From NCBI GenBank assembly GCA_963713825.1, contig CAVQNG010000003.1, positions 416,001 through 480,000 on the forward strand: DNA of 64,000 bases, given 5' to 3'. The notes below the pieces were generated by a model, which was not told the DNA's origin, did not search any database, and saw only the letters and a program-made list of their open reading frames with translations. A program made the translations under genes and the position numbers. Of this stretch, positions 32,527 to 41,445 are shown piece after piece (within the stretch, counting starts at the first letter, position 1; every line of letters begins with the position of its first letter). This DNA comes from an uncultured Acidobacteriota bacterium. Lineage in GTDB: Bacteria; Acidobacteriota; Thermoanaerobaculia; Multivoradales; JAHEKO01.

Positions 32527-34398
32527 ATGAGCAAATCCGACCGCCAATTGGGGATGCACCGCGACATCACTCGCCGGGACTTCATCCACGGCGCAGGGAT
32601 CGCGGCACTGAGTCTCAGCCTTCCTTCCGCAGTGGCTGGAGGGCAACCGTCAACCGCACCCGCCGACACGGCTGGACGCTACTACCCACCCACGCTCACC
32701 GGCCTGCGCGGCTCACACCCCGGCTCGTTCGAGGTGGCGCATGGCCTGGCTCTCGAACACAAGGACTTCGACACCGGCGAGGACCTCGGAGAGAAATACG
32801 ATCTCGTGGTCGTCGGCGGGGGTCTCAGCGGCCTCGCCGCCGCCTACTTCTACCGCCAGCGGTTCGGCGGGGACTCCCGCATCCTCATCCTGGAGAACCA
32901 CGACGAGTTCGGCGGTCACGCCACGCGCAACGAGTTCCACCAGGGCGGGCCGATGCGCCTGGTTTGGGGCGGTGACTTCAATCTCGAATACTCGGCGTTC
33001 AGCGAGCAGGGCAATGCCCTCCTGACCGAGTTGGGGGTCGATATAGACCGACTCCTGGAGCACAACGACTTCAACTACGGCACCGACGGAAAGCTCGGCC
33101 CGGCCATCTACTTCGATGCCGAGACCTATGGGAGCGACGTACTGATTCCGGGGTTCATTCCACGTTGGGGAGACTTCGCGAGCATCCTCGGCAAGCTCGA
33201 CGCCGTGCCGCTCAGCAAGGAGTCACGCGACTCCCTGAAGCGGTTCTACTCCGCCAGAACCGACGTGCTCGAGGGCCGTAGTCCGGAAGAGCGTCGGCAG
33301 TTTCTCCGACAGATCAGCTATATCGACTTCATCCGCCAGTACGGCGGCCTCACCGAGGAAGCGGCCGAGATCTTCTTCAACGCCACTCACGGCTATTGGG
33401 GCGTCGGTGCGGACAGCTTGTCGGTCGCCGAGTGCGAGGGCGCCGGACTCCCGATGGCACATCTGCTCGGCGGCGAGCCCGACTCGTCGGGCAGCGTGGG
33501 CGGCGAAGTAGTCCACTTTCCCGACGGCACTGCCTCCCTTGCCAGATTGCTGGTCCGTGCACTGATTCCAGCGGTTGCCGATGGCCAGGGCATGGACGAC
33601 ATCGTGACCGCGGCTTTCGACTATTCACAGCTCGATCGCTCCGAATCGCCGATCCGTTTGCGGCTCAATGCGACAGTAACCACTGTCCACGAGAATGACG
33701 GCGCCGTCCGCGTGAGCTTCGTCCGCGATGGAAAGACGGCGAACGTGATAGGGCGCAGCTGTGTTCTGGCCTGCTACCACTCGATGATCCCCTACCTGTG
33801 CCCTCAGCTTCCGGCAGCCCAGCGTGAGGCGCTCGCCTATCAGGTCAGGCGGCCGCTCCTGCTGACCAATGTCCTGATCCGTGACACCAAGGCCGCCGAC
33901 AAACTCGGCATCTCGGGCGCCTACTGCCCGGGGCGCCTGCATGGCGCGACCTGGCTCGTCAAGGGCATCGAAGTCGGCGAGTACCGACACGACTGGGAAG
34001 ATCCCGGGCCGGCGGTGATGCAGTTCTGGGGCTCGGTCGCACCGGTGAAGAGAGGGGTAGACATCCGCCGTCAACATCGATCATCGCGGATGCGCATGCT
34101 GACCATGGATTTCGAGGACTTCGAGAGAGAAGTCCGAACCGTGCTGGACGGCATGTTGGGCCCGGCGGGCTTCAGCGCGGCCGACGACATCCTCGCTATC
34201 ACCGTCAATCGCTGGCCGCATGGCTACTCCTACGACTACCTCGACCTGTGGGACCCAGAGTGGCCCCCGGGGGAGGCGCCGCACGAGATCGCAAGGAAAC
34301 CGTTCGGGAGCATCACCTTCGCCAACTCCGACGCCGGCGCCTACGCCATGACGGAGGTCGCCATCGACCAGGCTTGGCGGGCGGTCAACGACCTGTAG
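32527..34398 (+). CDS. Tat-exported FAD oxidoreductase, spermidine dehydrogenase (SpdH)-like
   Basis: ITRRDFIHG Tat motif, YYPPTLTGLRGSHPGSFEVAH, VVGGGLSG, AITVNRWPHGY, FANSD, AIDQAWRAV. Confidence 0.85.
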   Translation: MSKSDRQLGMHRDITRRDFIHGAGIAALSLSLPSAVAGGQPSTAPADTAGRYYPPTLTGLRGSHPGSFEVAHGLALEHKDFDTGEDLGEKYDLVVVGGGLSGLAAAYFYRQRFGGDSRILILENHDEFGGHATRNEFHQGGPMRLVWGGDFNLEYSAFSEQGNALLTELGVDIDRLLEHNDFNYGTDGKLGPAIYFDAETYGSDVLIPGFIPRWGDFASILGKLDAVPLSKESRDSLKRFYSARTDVLEGRSPEERRQFLRQISYIDFIRQYGGLTEEAAEIFFNATHGYWGVGADSLSVAECEGAGLPMAHLLGGEPDSSGSVGGEVVHFPDGTASLARLLVRALIPAVADGQGMDDIVTAAFDYSQLDRSESPIRLRLNATVTTVHENDGAVRVSFVRDGKTANVIGRSCVLACYHSMIPYLCPQLPAAQREALAYQVRRPLLLTNVLIRDTKAADKLGISGAYCPGRLHGATWLVKGIEVGEYRHDWEDPGPAVMQFWGSVAPVKRGVDIRRQHRSSRMRMLTMDFEDFEREVRTVLDGMLGPAGFSAADDILAITVNRWPHGYSYDYLDLWDPEWPPGEAPHEIARKPFGSITFANSDAGAYAMTEVAIDQAWRAVNDL

Positions 34399-34434
34399 AA
34401 CTGACGCCTCCAGGACCAAGAGAGGACCACCGAA

Positions 34435-35385
34435 ATGATCACACGACGCGACTACCTGAAGTATTCAGTGTTGACCGCTGCGGCCGCCACTCTTCCTCCA
34501 CAGCTCACTCGTGCGGCGCATCCTGAGGATCGGATCTTCAGGACCATTCCAAAGACAGGCGAGCGATTGCCAATTGTCGGTCTGGGTAGTTCTGCGACGT
34601 TTCGCTCGATTGCGGCAAGCGACGACGTCAGTGCTCTGTACGAGGTGTTGAGAACATTCTTTGACAACGGCGGTACCGTCTTCGATACGGCCCCCGCTTA
34701 TGGTGCTTCAGAAGAAGTTGCCGGCAGGATGATTCAGGAGTTGGGCGCGACCGAGAAAGTGTTCTGGGCGACGAAAGTGAACGTCGCGCCTCGTGGCGGC
34801 GGGGCCGCCGATCCGGAGGCCGCAAGAGCTCAGATCGAGCGCTCGTTCAAGCACAGTGGCAAGGATCCGATGGACCTTGTTCAGGTACACCAGCTGCGCG
34901 ATGTGCCAACCCAGCTAGGCATTCTCAAGGATCTCAAGGAGGCGGGTCGTCTGCGCTATATCGGTGTCACCTATACCGGCGCCGAGCGTTATCCAGACCT
35001 GGCGAAAGTCATGCGCGAAGAACCGATCGATTTCATAGGCGTTGATTACGCTGTAGACAATCGGCAAGCCGCTGAAGTGATTCTGCCGCTGGCGATCGAC
35101 CGCGGTATTGGTGTGCTCGTCTATCTTCCATTCGGACGAACTCGATTGTGGGCCAGAGTGGCCGGCCAGGAACTGCCGTCGTGGGCTGCCGATTTCGGCG
35201 CCGAGTCCTGGGCACAGCTGTTTATCAAATTTGCCGGAGCGCATCCGGCCGTCACTACAGTGACACCAGCAACGAGCAAAGCGACTCATATGCTCGACAA
35301 TCTTGGCGCGGGTGTGGGCGAGCTGCCGGACGAAGCCATGCAGAAACGGATGGCAGACTTCGTTGACGCGCTGCCCTCGGCGTGA
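34435..35385 (+). CDS. Aldo/keto reductase with twin-arginine signal
   Basis: MITRRDYLK, IVGLGS, FDTAPAYG, ATKV, LVQVH, RYIGVT. Confidence 0.9.
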   Translation: MITRRDYLKYSVLTAAAATLPPQLTRAAHPEDRIFRTIPKTGERLPIVGLGSSATFRSIAASDDVSALYEVLRTFFDNGGTVFDTAPAYGASEEVAGRMIQELGATEKVFWATKVNVAPRGGGAADPEAARAQIERSFKHSGKDPMDLVQVHQLRDVPTQLGILKDLKEAGRLRYIGVTYTGAERYPDLAKVMREEPIDFIGVDYAVDNRQAAEVILPLAIDRGIGVLVYLPFGRTRLWARVAGQELPSWAADFGAESWAQLFIKFAGAHPAVTTVTPATSKATHMLDNLGAGVGELPDEAMQKRMADFVDALPSA

Positions 35386-35535
35386 CAGAGCCTGCTGAAC
35401 AAGGACGACACTGTCATTCCCGGCTACCTTCTCTCACATCTGGAAAGTCCGGGGACTCACCCCGAAGAGAGAAGCTAGTGCTTGCTGCTCCACCAGCAGC
35501 TTGACGCGCTGTGGTCCTTGGGGAAACATGACTCG

Positions 35536-36609
35536 ATGCGTCTCGAAGATCTTGGTTGGGATCCGGTCTGGGAGTATCACGCTGCGGAAGCAGGCGGCCC
35601 GAAGCGTGTACCGGGTCGGGTGGCGACGGTGGATCGGGGGCGTGTTGTGGTGCTGACCGACGAGGGCGCCATTCCGGCTTCTTGGCACTTCCCCGTTTCG
35701 GTGCTCGGGGAGTCGGCAGGAGTCATGCCGGCGGTGGGCGATTGGGCCATGATCACGAATGCCGGCGAGGTGCGCACCCTCGAGACCCTGCTACCTCGAC
35801 GAAGTCTGCTGGCCAGGGGAATTCAAGGCGGTGCTCGCGTGGCTCAACCTCTGGCAGCCAACGTGGACCTGGTCATGGTGGTCACGGGTCTGGATGGCGA
35901 TTTCAGCTTGCGGCGCATCGAGCGTTATCTGGCGCTTGCCCGCAGCGGTGGCGTTCGAGCCCTCGTGGTGCTCAGCAAACTGGACCTGATCGACGATCCC
36001 GATGAAGCGATTCGGCAGGCCCGGAAGGCTACTCCTGGGTTGGATGTAGTCACGGTCAGCTCCGTAACCGGGGACGGATTGATAGAGCTCGAGAACGAGG
36101 TCAAGCCAGGGCAGACCGTGGTTCTTGTGGGTTCGTCGGGAGTGGGCAAGTCGACCTTGATCAATCGTCTGCTAGGCGAAGAGCGTCAGCGCACCGGGGC
36201 GGTTCGGGAGTCCGACGACCGGGGACGTCATGTGACCACGCGTCGCGAACTCCTCCAACTTCCCGACGGTGGACTGGTCATCGATACTCCTGGTCTGCGT
36301 GAGGTAGGGCTGCTGGCGAGTGAGGAGGCCGTACTGGAGGTCTTCCCAGAGATTGCTGCTCTTTCTGAGCAGTGCCGCTTCATGGATTGCAGTCACGTCG
36401 AAGAGCCTGATTGCGCCGTTCGGGATGCCGTCGACAAGGGCGAACTCGACGCCGATCGACTGGCTGGTTTCCACCGTCTTGTCCGGGAGCAGGCCAGCGC
36501 TACCCGCCGTGCCACCGAACACGAGCGGCGAGCTCACGAGCGAGCCCTGACAAGCCACTATCGTAAGACCCTCCGCGCCTCACTTCGATTCAAGGGTCGA
36601 GAGAACTAG
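35536..36609 (+). CDS. rsgA: Ribosome small subunit-dependent GTPase A
   Basis: AVGDW, AANVD, SKLD, GSSGVGKSTLIN, GRHVTT, DTPGLRE, CRFMDCSHVEEPDC zinc site. Confidence 0.95.
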   Translation: MRLEDLGWDPVWEYHAAEAGGPKRVPGRVATVDRGRVVVLTDEGAIPASWHFPVSVLGESAGVMPAVGDWAMITNAGEVRTLETLLPRRSLLARGIQGGARVAQPLAANVDLVMVVTGLDGDFSLRRIERYLALARSGGVRALVVLSKLDLIDDPDEAIRQARKATPGLDVVTVSSVTGDGLIELENEVKPGQTVVLVGSSGVGKSTLINRLLGEERQRTGAVRESDDRGRHVTTRRELLQLPDGGLVIDTPGLREVGLLASEEAVLEVFPEIAALSEQCRFMDCSHVEEPDCAVRDAVDKGELDADRLAGFHRLVREQASATRRATEHERRAHERALTSHYRKTLRASLRFKGREN

Positions 36610-36665
36610 CGGCGTCTTGTAGAGCGCAGAGTGCCAATCGTACCGCAGCTCGAGCAGCCATTTCG

Positions 36666-36895
36666 ACCTCCGGTTTCCTACAACTGACAACACTCAACAA
36701 CACCTGACCACTGAGGCTGCCCCCAACGCTGGACCGAGGGCTGTGAGAGATTCCCGGTCTAGATGGCCTCATTGTCAAGCATGGCGTCGGTGACGGTGAT
36801 CGCCTGGATAACTCGCCAGAACGCACCAGACGTGGATCATCTCAATCGGTGAGATGCGGTCTGGTGGACCAAGAGCGGACAACGGGCATTGGGTC
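36666..36895 (+). repeat. Composite intergenic module, copy 2 (periodic boxes and end box)
   Basis: ACCTCCGGTTTCCTACAACTGACAACACTCAACAACACCTGACCAC matches 61407-61452; GGACCAAGAGCGGACAACGGGCATTGGGT at 36866-36894. Confidence 0.8.
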
Positions 36896-36980
36896 GTCTC
36901 TTGTTGTCGGGGCATTCTTGTCCGCCTGGTTGGGGCTCCTCGCTGTACCACCGCTGTACTGCGAGACAGTGCCGGCGAAG

Positions 36981-37706
36981 CTATTTGAACACCTCGAGCG
37001 CGAACATCAAGATGCCGAGACCATTGAGCCCGATGTGCAGAACAAGTCCGGGAACCATGCTCCGAGTGCGAGTCGACAGCCACCCATAGACCAGAGCGCC
37101 TGGCACAATGGCGAGGACGTCCCATGGCTTGAACCAATGAAAGCTGGCCCACTGCAACCCGTGGATCCACCATGCCTTCTTGTCGTGTTGAAGCTCCTGT
37201 CGAGGGAGGACGTATCCTCGCCAAAGGATTTCTTCGCTGACTACATTGAATAGGATCAATCCGGTGAACAGGGCCAGACCCGTGAAGTCACCCGAGTGAT
37301 TCACCGTCGCATCCATGCGATAGGGATTCTTCATCCACTCTGGTACGAGGTTGGCAATCGGATTCCGGGTGATCTGCAGGGCGATATACGTTCCGTCGAC
37401 GATCAGAATCCCCAGCAAGACCAGCAGCCAGTCCCGCCTCGAGATGTTCTTGATGCGAAACCTGTCCTTGATGCCGCTCCAGGCAAGACGCCTGCCCTCC
37501 AAGGCGTAGAAGGTCAGTGCCAGCCCTGCTAGCAGCATGAAGAGCATCACGTTGGTCAAGGACAGGGCATCGGAATTCGAGAGACCAAAGGTCGCAGCAA
37601 CTCTGGGTGTCCCCAACGTCAGCAACACGAAGGCAGCTCCACCCAGGCCCAGGAAGAGCGACCAGGATTGCCACAGAGGTAACGGCTTCAACTCCGGATC
37701 CAGCAA
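36981..37706 (-). CDS. CPBP (CAAX/Abi) intramembrane metalloprotease
   Basis: SEEILWRGY, WASFH, LVLHIGLN; TTG start with AAGGAGG RBS. Confidence 0.9.
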   Translation of the reverse strand: MLDPELKPLPLWQSWSLFLGLGGAAFVLLTLGTPRVAATFGLSNSDALSLTNVMLFMLLAGLALTFYALEGRRLAWSGIKDRFRIKNISRRDWLLVLLGILIVDGTYIALQITRNPIANLVPEWMKNPYRMDATVNHSGDFTGLALFTGLILFNVVSEEILWRGYVLPRQELQHDKKAWWIHGLQWASFHWFKPWDVLAIVPGALVYGWLSTRTRSMVPGLVLHIGLNGLGILMFALEVFK

Positions 37707-37907
37707 GACTCCCTCCTTTCAGTTTCCAGTAGCCCTACGGGATTACGCCGTCGAAGGATTCAACCGTTCGCACATTGAAGCCGTGCTGGCAGGACCTAGC
37801 CAAGCCCTCGCCCCGCAGGGCCCGAATCCCACCCTCCCTCCGCTTCTCTTCGAGCACCTAGCGTGCCCCAAGAAGGCCCTTCTGATTTCAATCTGCTCGG
37901 ACTTTGA

Positions 37908-37968
37908 TGGCGGAGGGGGTGGGATTCGAACCCACGGACCGCGTGAACGGTCGCCGGTTCTCAAGACC
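37908..37968 (-). pseudogene. 3' fragment of tRNA-Ser (anticodon arm to CCA), att-site-like
   Basis: Minus strand GGTCTTGAGAACCGGCGACCGTTCACGCGGTCCGTGGGTTCGAATCCCACCCCCTCCGCCA: long variable arm, T arm and GCCA end; no 5' acceptor strand upstream. Confidence 0.9.
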
Positions 37969-38025
37969 GTTGCACGCATTCCAAACCAGACAAAAGCAGA
38001 CTAATCAGAACCAAGAGAGACCAAC

Positions 38026-38306
38026 TGCCGCCGGGGGTCGGGTGACCGTCGGCGACGCCGACAGCGGCCGGCAGGCTACCGCCGGCCGTGTGGGCGCTGC
38101 CAACCCCGGCACCGGGCAGTCGGGCTCCGCCGGCTGGGTGCGTGGCGAGGACGGTGCCGCCGTGCGCAAGGGTGACGACTTCTATGCCGGCAAGGATGGC
38201 AACGTCTACCAGCGCAACGATCAAGGGGACTGGAACCAGGTCGAACGCTCGGGCCAAAGGCAGGGCGTCCAGGGGAGGATTCCGCGGCGGCGGCCGCAGG
38301 CGCTGA
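38026..38306 (+). pseudogene. C-terminal remnant of a glycine-rich protein
   Basis: GRVGAANPGTG..DFYAGKDGNVYQRNDQGDWNQ, then GGFRGGGRRR-stop in another frame; no start. Confidence 0.6.
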
Positions 38307-38341
38307 GGGCCTCGCAACGACATCCGAAGCCGCTCTCGAGT

Positions 38342-38522
38342 GGACCACGGACCTTGAGTCCAAGCTGCTCAATAGGGAGAAAGTGGCGAAGGGGCAGGCG
38401 CGGCGATGCAGTGAAGCCGACTCCTGATGTAGAGGAGCCCCTTGTGGGCTCCCTCGAGAGGGGGCAGGCCCCTGCCCTACAACTTGAATGTCACAACACC
38501 TGACAACGAAGCGACGGGCTTC
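38342..38522 (+). repeat. Composite intergenic module, copy 3
   Basis: GGACCACGGACCTTGAGT..CTCAATAGGGAGAAAG, GGGGCAGGCGCGG.GATGCAGTG, REP at 38428-38481, GTCACAACACCTGACAACGAAGCGACGGGCTT. Confidence 0.9.
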
Positions 38523-38546
38523 TTGACCGTCAATTGCCCATACAAC

Positions 38547-38584
38547 TGTCTGGCCTACCGGCCATCTGTCTGTAAAATCAGACA
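38547..38584. promoter_or_regulatory. Tandem palindromic enhancer (UAS) candidate for a sigma54 activator
   Basis: TGTCTG-gcctac-CGGCCA-tc-TGTCTG-taaaat-CAGACA; near-copy at 44955-44992; about 90 bp upstream of a -24/-12 box. Confidence 0.7.
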
Positions 38585-38670
38585 TAATAAAGATGCAATA
38601 TACCCTCAGCCCACCGGTTCGAAATCTCCAAAGTACTGAAAACGGAGAACTTATCTACTTGACCACGAAT

Positions 38671-38685
38671 CGGTACGGGACTTGC
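38671..38685 (+). promoter_or_regulatory. sigma54 promoter candidate
   Basis: CGGTACGGGACTTGC has GG-N10-GC spacing, 53 bp before ATG 38739. Confidence 0.65.
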
Positions 38686-38738
38686 CCTCTCCTTGGGGGA
38701 CGACGGAACACTTCCATCGAACCCAAAGGAGAGAAACG

Positions 38739-39371
38739 ATGCGGAAGAAGATCGCCTGCCTCGCTACGATCGCGCTCACGAGCACCTCACTCTCGGCTCA
38801 GGACACCGGGTGGCTTGCACGTGCCGTCGGAGGCTGGGATAGCCTCCTCAGCCCAGTTGGTGTCTCGGAGAGCGCGGGCGACTTCAACTACCACTTCACC
38901 AACGACCTCCACGTGGGTCTCGAAGGTGAGTACCGCTTCAATCGGCGCCTCGGACTGGAGCTCGCCATTCACCAGAGTCGGCCCGACATAGTGGTCGGTG
39001 CAGAGATTGGCGACGATTTCGTCAGCCTGAGAGATAGCATCACGTACCGGCCCCTGACGGTGGGACTCGACGTGCATCTGACCCCGGATCGTCGCGCCGA
39101 TTTCACTCTTACTCCTCTCATCGGCCACGCCTTCTTCAGCGATCTCGACTTCGAGACGTCAAGTGTGACGCCCCGATTCAACAGCGGCAGCGATCTGATG
39201 TGGGGCGGCGCAGCCGCCGTGGATGTCGGCATCGGCGATGGGCCCTGGACCGTTTCGTTTGCTCTTCGGTACCTCGATGCCACACTCGAGGCAGTTGACG
39301 ACGGAGGCGTCGTGACGAGTCTCGATCTCTCTCCCTGGACAACCACCGTGGGGGTGGGTTATCGCTTCTGA
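38739..39371 (+). CDS. OmpW-like outer-membrane beta-barrel
   Basis: Signal peptide, GLEGEYRFNRRLGLEL, alternating beta strands, C-terminal PWTTTVGVGYRF. Confidence 0.85.
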   Translation: MRKKIACLATIALTSTSLSAQDTGWLARAVGGWDSLLSPVGVSESAGDFNYHFTNDLHVGLEGEYRFNRRLGLELAIHQSRPDIVVGAEIGDDFVSLRDSITYRPLTVGLDVHLTPDRRADFTLTPLIGHAFFSDLDFETSSVTPRFNSGSDLMWGGAAAVDVGIGDGPWTVSFALRYLDATLEAVDDGGVVTSLDLSPWTTTVGVGYRF

Positions 39372-39402
39372 GACCCGGCGCTGGCCGGCCCTGGCCCTCC
39401 AG

Positions 39403-40797
39403 TTGAGTTGGGCGATCGTTCTTCTACTCGGCCTGCTGGCTGCCGCGCCGGCCGGCGCAGTCGAGCCAACCCCTGAGATTGCCAGTGGTCGTTTGCCCAG
39501 CTTCTTCATAGAGACGATCATCATCGAGGACTCCACCAGGTTCTCACCTGATCTCATCCTTGCGGAGTCACGGCTCGTGGAGGGCCAGGAGTACAGCGAA
39601 CGGGAACTACGCGACGCCTTGTTCCGCATTGTTCGGCTGCCGCTCATTCTCGACGCAGAGTTCTCTCTGAGGCGAGGGACCCAGAGGGGGCGTTTTCAGC
39701 TCGTCATACAGGTCGATGAGGCTCGCCGTTGGTTCTTTGGGATGGAGGGATCAGCGATTCGATGGAGTCGTCCTGTCACGCTCTCCGGGATCTCGGCCGA
39801 GAACGTCGTCGAGAGCTTCTCCATTCTTGCCGGCCGTCGCTTCACCATCGGCCGCTACGGTGTCTTCTTCGCTGCGGTGGGAGGACAGGACGGATCTCTC
39901 AACCTGGGTTACAGCCACAATAATCTCTTCGGCCGGCGCATCCTGCTTCAGATCTCGGGAGCTTACAGCCGCTGTGGGCAAGCCCAAGTCTCTCCCCCCC
40001 TCGGCGATGAGGGAGATCAGGCATGTCGGGCCGAGATTCTAGACCTCGGCCTCGACCCGACCTTCAGTGCATGGGAGGCGGGCGAGGGAACCGCCCGAGC
40101 TCGGCTCAGCCTCGGTGTCCCCCTGAAAGGCAACCAGTCCATCCGTTTTGCCGGATCCTTCCTCGACACGGAGGGAGGCTTCCGCCGAGCCGTCTATCAG
40201 GATGATCCTGCACAGCTCGATTTCCTCCGCGATCGCACCGACTGGGAGCTGGCAGCCTCGTGGATACTCGACTCCCGCGACGACCCACTGTTCACCAGTG
40301 AGGGCCAGCGCTGGGAAGCAGGCCTCCAAGTCCGCTCGCTCGAGGCCGAAGTCGAGAGATGGGACTTCGAGAACTTGACGAGCTTCAAGACGGATCATGC
40401 GTCCCTGGAGGTCGGAGCACGGCTCGCCGGTTCGAAGTATTGGCCGCTGGGGCGCAAGGACGCGATCTGGGGTCGCCTCGACGCATTTCTCGGCCGCACC
40501 GATTTCTCCGGAGCTCTTACCGAGGATGACCGCATTCTCGAGGGCCAAGCGGATGTTTGGAGAGGTGGAGCCGCTTTTGGCTACGGCCGTTTTCTCCATC
40601 GGGTACGGACTGATGAGAAATGGCAGGAACTTCGCTGGGAGTCCGAGATCGAGGCCCTCTACTCCACCACCTCGCCCTCGTTCGACCTTCCCGAGAATCC
40701 GCTGGCCGGCTTTCGCGTCTCCAGCGGCCTGACCTGGCGCAGCAGCTGGGGGGTCTTCGGGCTCGAGCTCATCTACCAGGACCTGGGAGGAGACTGA
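39403..40797 (+). CDS. Omp85/BamA-TamA-like protein with one POTRA-like domain
   Basis: Signal peptide, IETIIIE..RLVEGQEYS..LVIQVDE, YSHNNLFGR, DSRDDPLFTSEG. Confidence 0.7.
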   Translation: MSWAIVLLLGLLAAAPAGAVEPTPEIASGRLPSFFIETIIIEDSTRFSPDLILAESRLVEGQEYSERELRDALFRIVRLPLILDAEFSLRRGTQRGRFQLVIQVDEARRWFFGMEGSAIRWSRPVTLSGISAENVVESFSILAGRRFTIGRYGVFFAAVGGQDGSLNLGYSHNNLFGRRILLQISGAYSRCGQAQVSPPLGDEGDQACRAEILDLGLDPTFSAWEAGEGTARARLSLGVPLKGNQSIRFAGSFLDTEGGFRRAVYQDDPAQLDFLRDRTDWELAASWILDSRDDPLFTSEGQRWEAGLQVRSLEAEVERWDFENLTSFKTDHASLEVGARLAGSKYWPLGRKDAIWGRLDAFLGRTDFSGALTEDDRILEGQADVWRGGAAFGYGRFLHRVRTDEKWQELRWESEIEALYSTTSPSFDLPENPLAGFRVSSGLTWRSSWGVFGLELIYQDLGGD

Positions 40798-41445
40798 TTG
40801 CGCCGGCTCGCCGTCGTTCTCACTCTTCTCCTCGCGGCCGCCACGAGCCGGGCTGACCTTGGAGAACCGACTCTGGTGCTCGGACACGGAGATCGCCTCT
40901 TGGTCACGGATCTCCCCGCGATCCTCGGTGACGAGAAGGTAGCCGAACACCTCACCTCGGGCCTCACAACAACCCTCGTCCTCACGGTGAAGACGTCTCT
41001 GTCGGGTGCAGCCAAGCTCGAAGGAGGGGCCCATATCACCATTCGATTCGAGCTCTGGGACGAGGTCTTCAACGTAACCGCTTTCGGGGGCATGGGCCCA
41101 CCACAGAGCACCGTGGTGGAGTCGAAAGAGCAGCTCACAGCCTGGTGGCGGTCTCTCCGTCTTCCGGTCATGGCAGTCCCCGACAGCGAGGGCATCCGAG
41201 GGCGAGCCGAGATCACACTGGATGTGTTGCCGTTCTCCCGCTCGGAGGAGCTGGATACGGAGCGCTGGTTCTCCGAGTCGGTACTGCGGGCCGAAGAGGG
41301 TCGAAGGTCCGGCATCTCTCATCCGACCGAAGGGAAGGAGTCTCTTGCCGAGGTCTTGGACATCCTTATTGCCACCTCCATTCGCCGTCGATCCTTAACC
41401 TCCTATTCCTGGACAATCCCGTGGCCGGAGGGGAGCACACCATGA
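40798..41445 (+). CDS. Exported hypothetical protein (position and size like DUF4390 in NtrYX operons)
   Basis: Signal peptide; abuts the upstream gene and overlaps the kinase by ATGA. The family call is weak. Confidence 0.7.
   Translation: MRRLAVVLTLLLAAATSRADLGEPTLVLGHGDRLLVTDLPAILGDEKVAEHLTSGLTTTLVLTVKTSLSGAAKLEGGAHITIRFELWDEVFNVTAFGGMGPPQSTVVESKEQLTAWWRSLRLPVMAVPDSEGIRGRAEITLDVLPFSRSEELDTERWFSESVLRAEEGRRSGISHPTEGKESLAEVLDILIATSIRRRSLTSYSWTIPWPEGSTP

Noticed and set aside
37908-37990. Intact tRNA-Ser gene
   Set aside because: No 5' acceptor strand (GGAGGGG) or proper D arm upstream of the anticodon stem.
40039-41322. 427-aa minus-strand ORF
   Set aside because: Antisense to the tightly coupled Omp85-like operon; no motifs.
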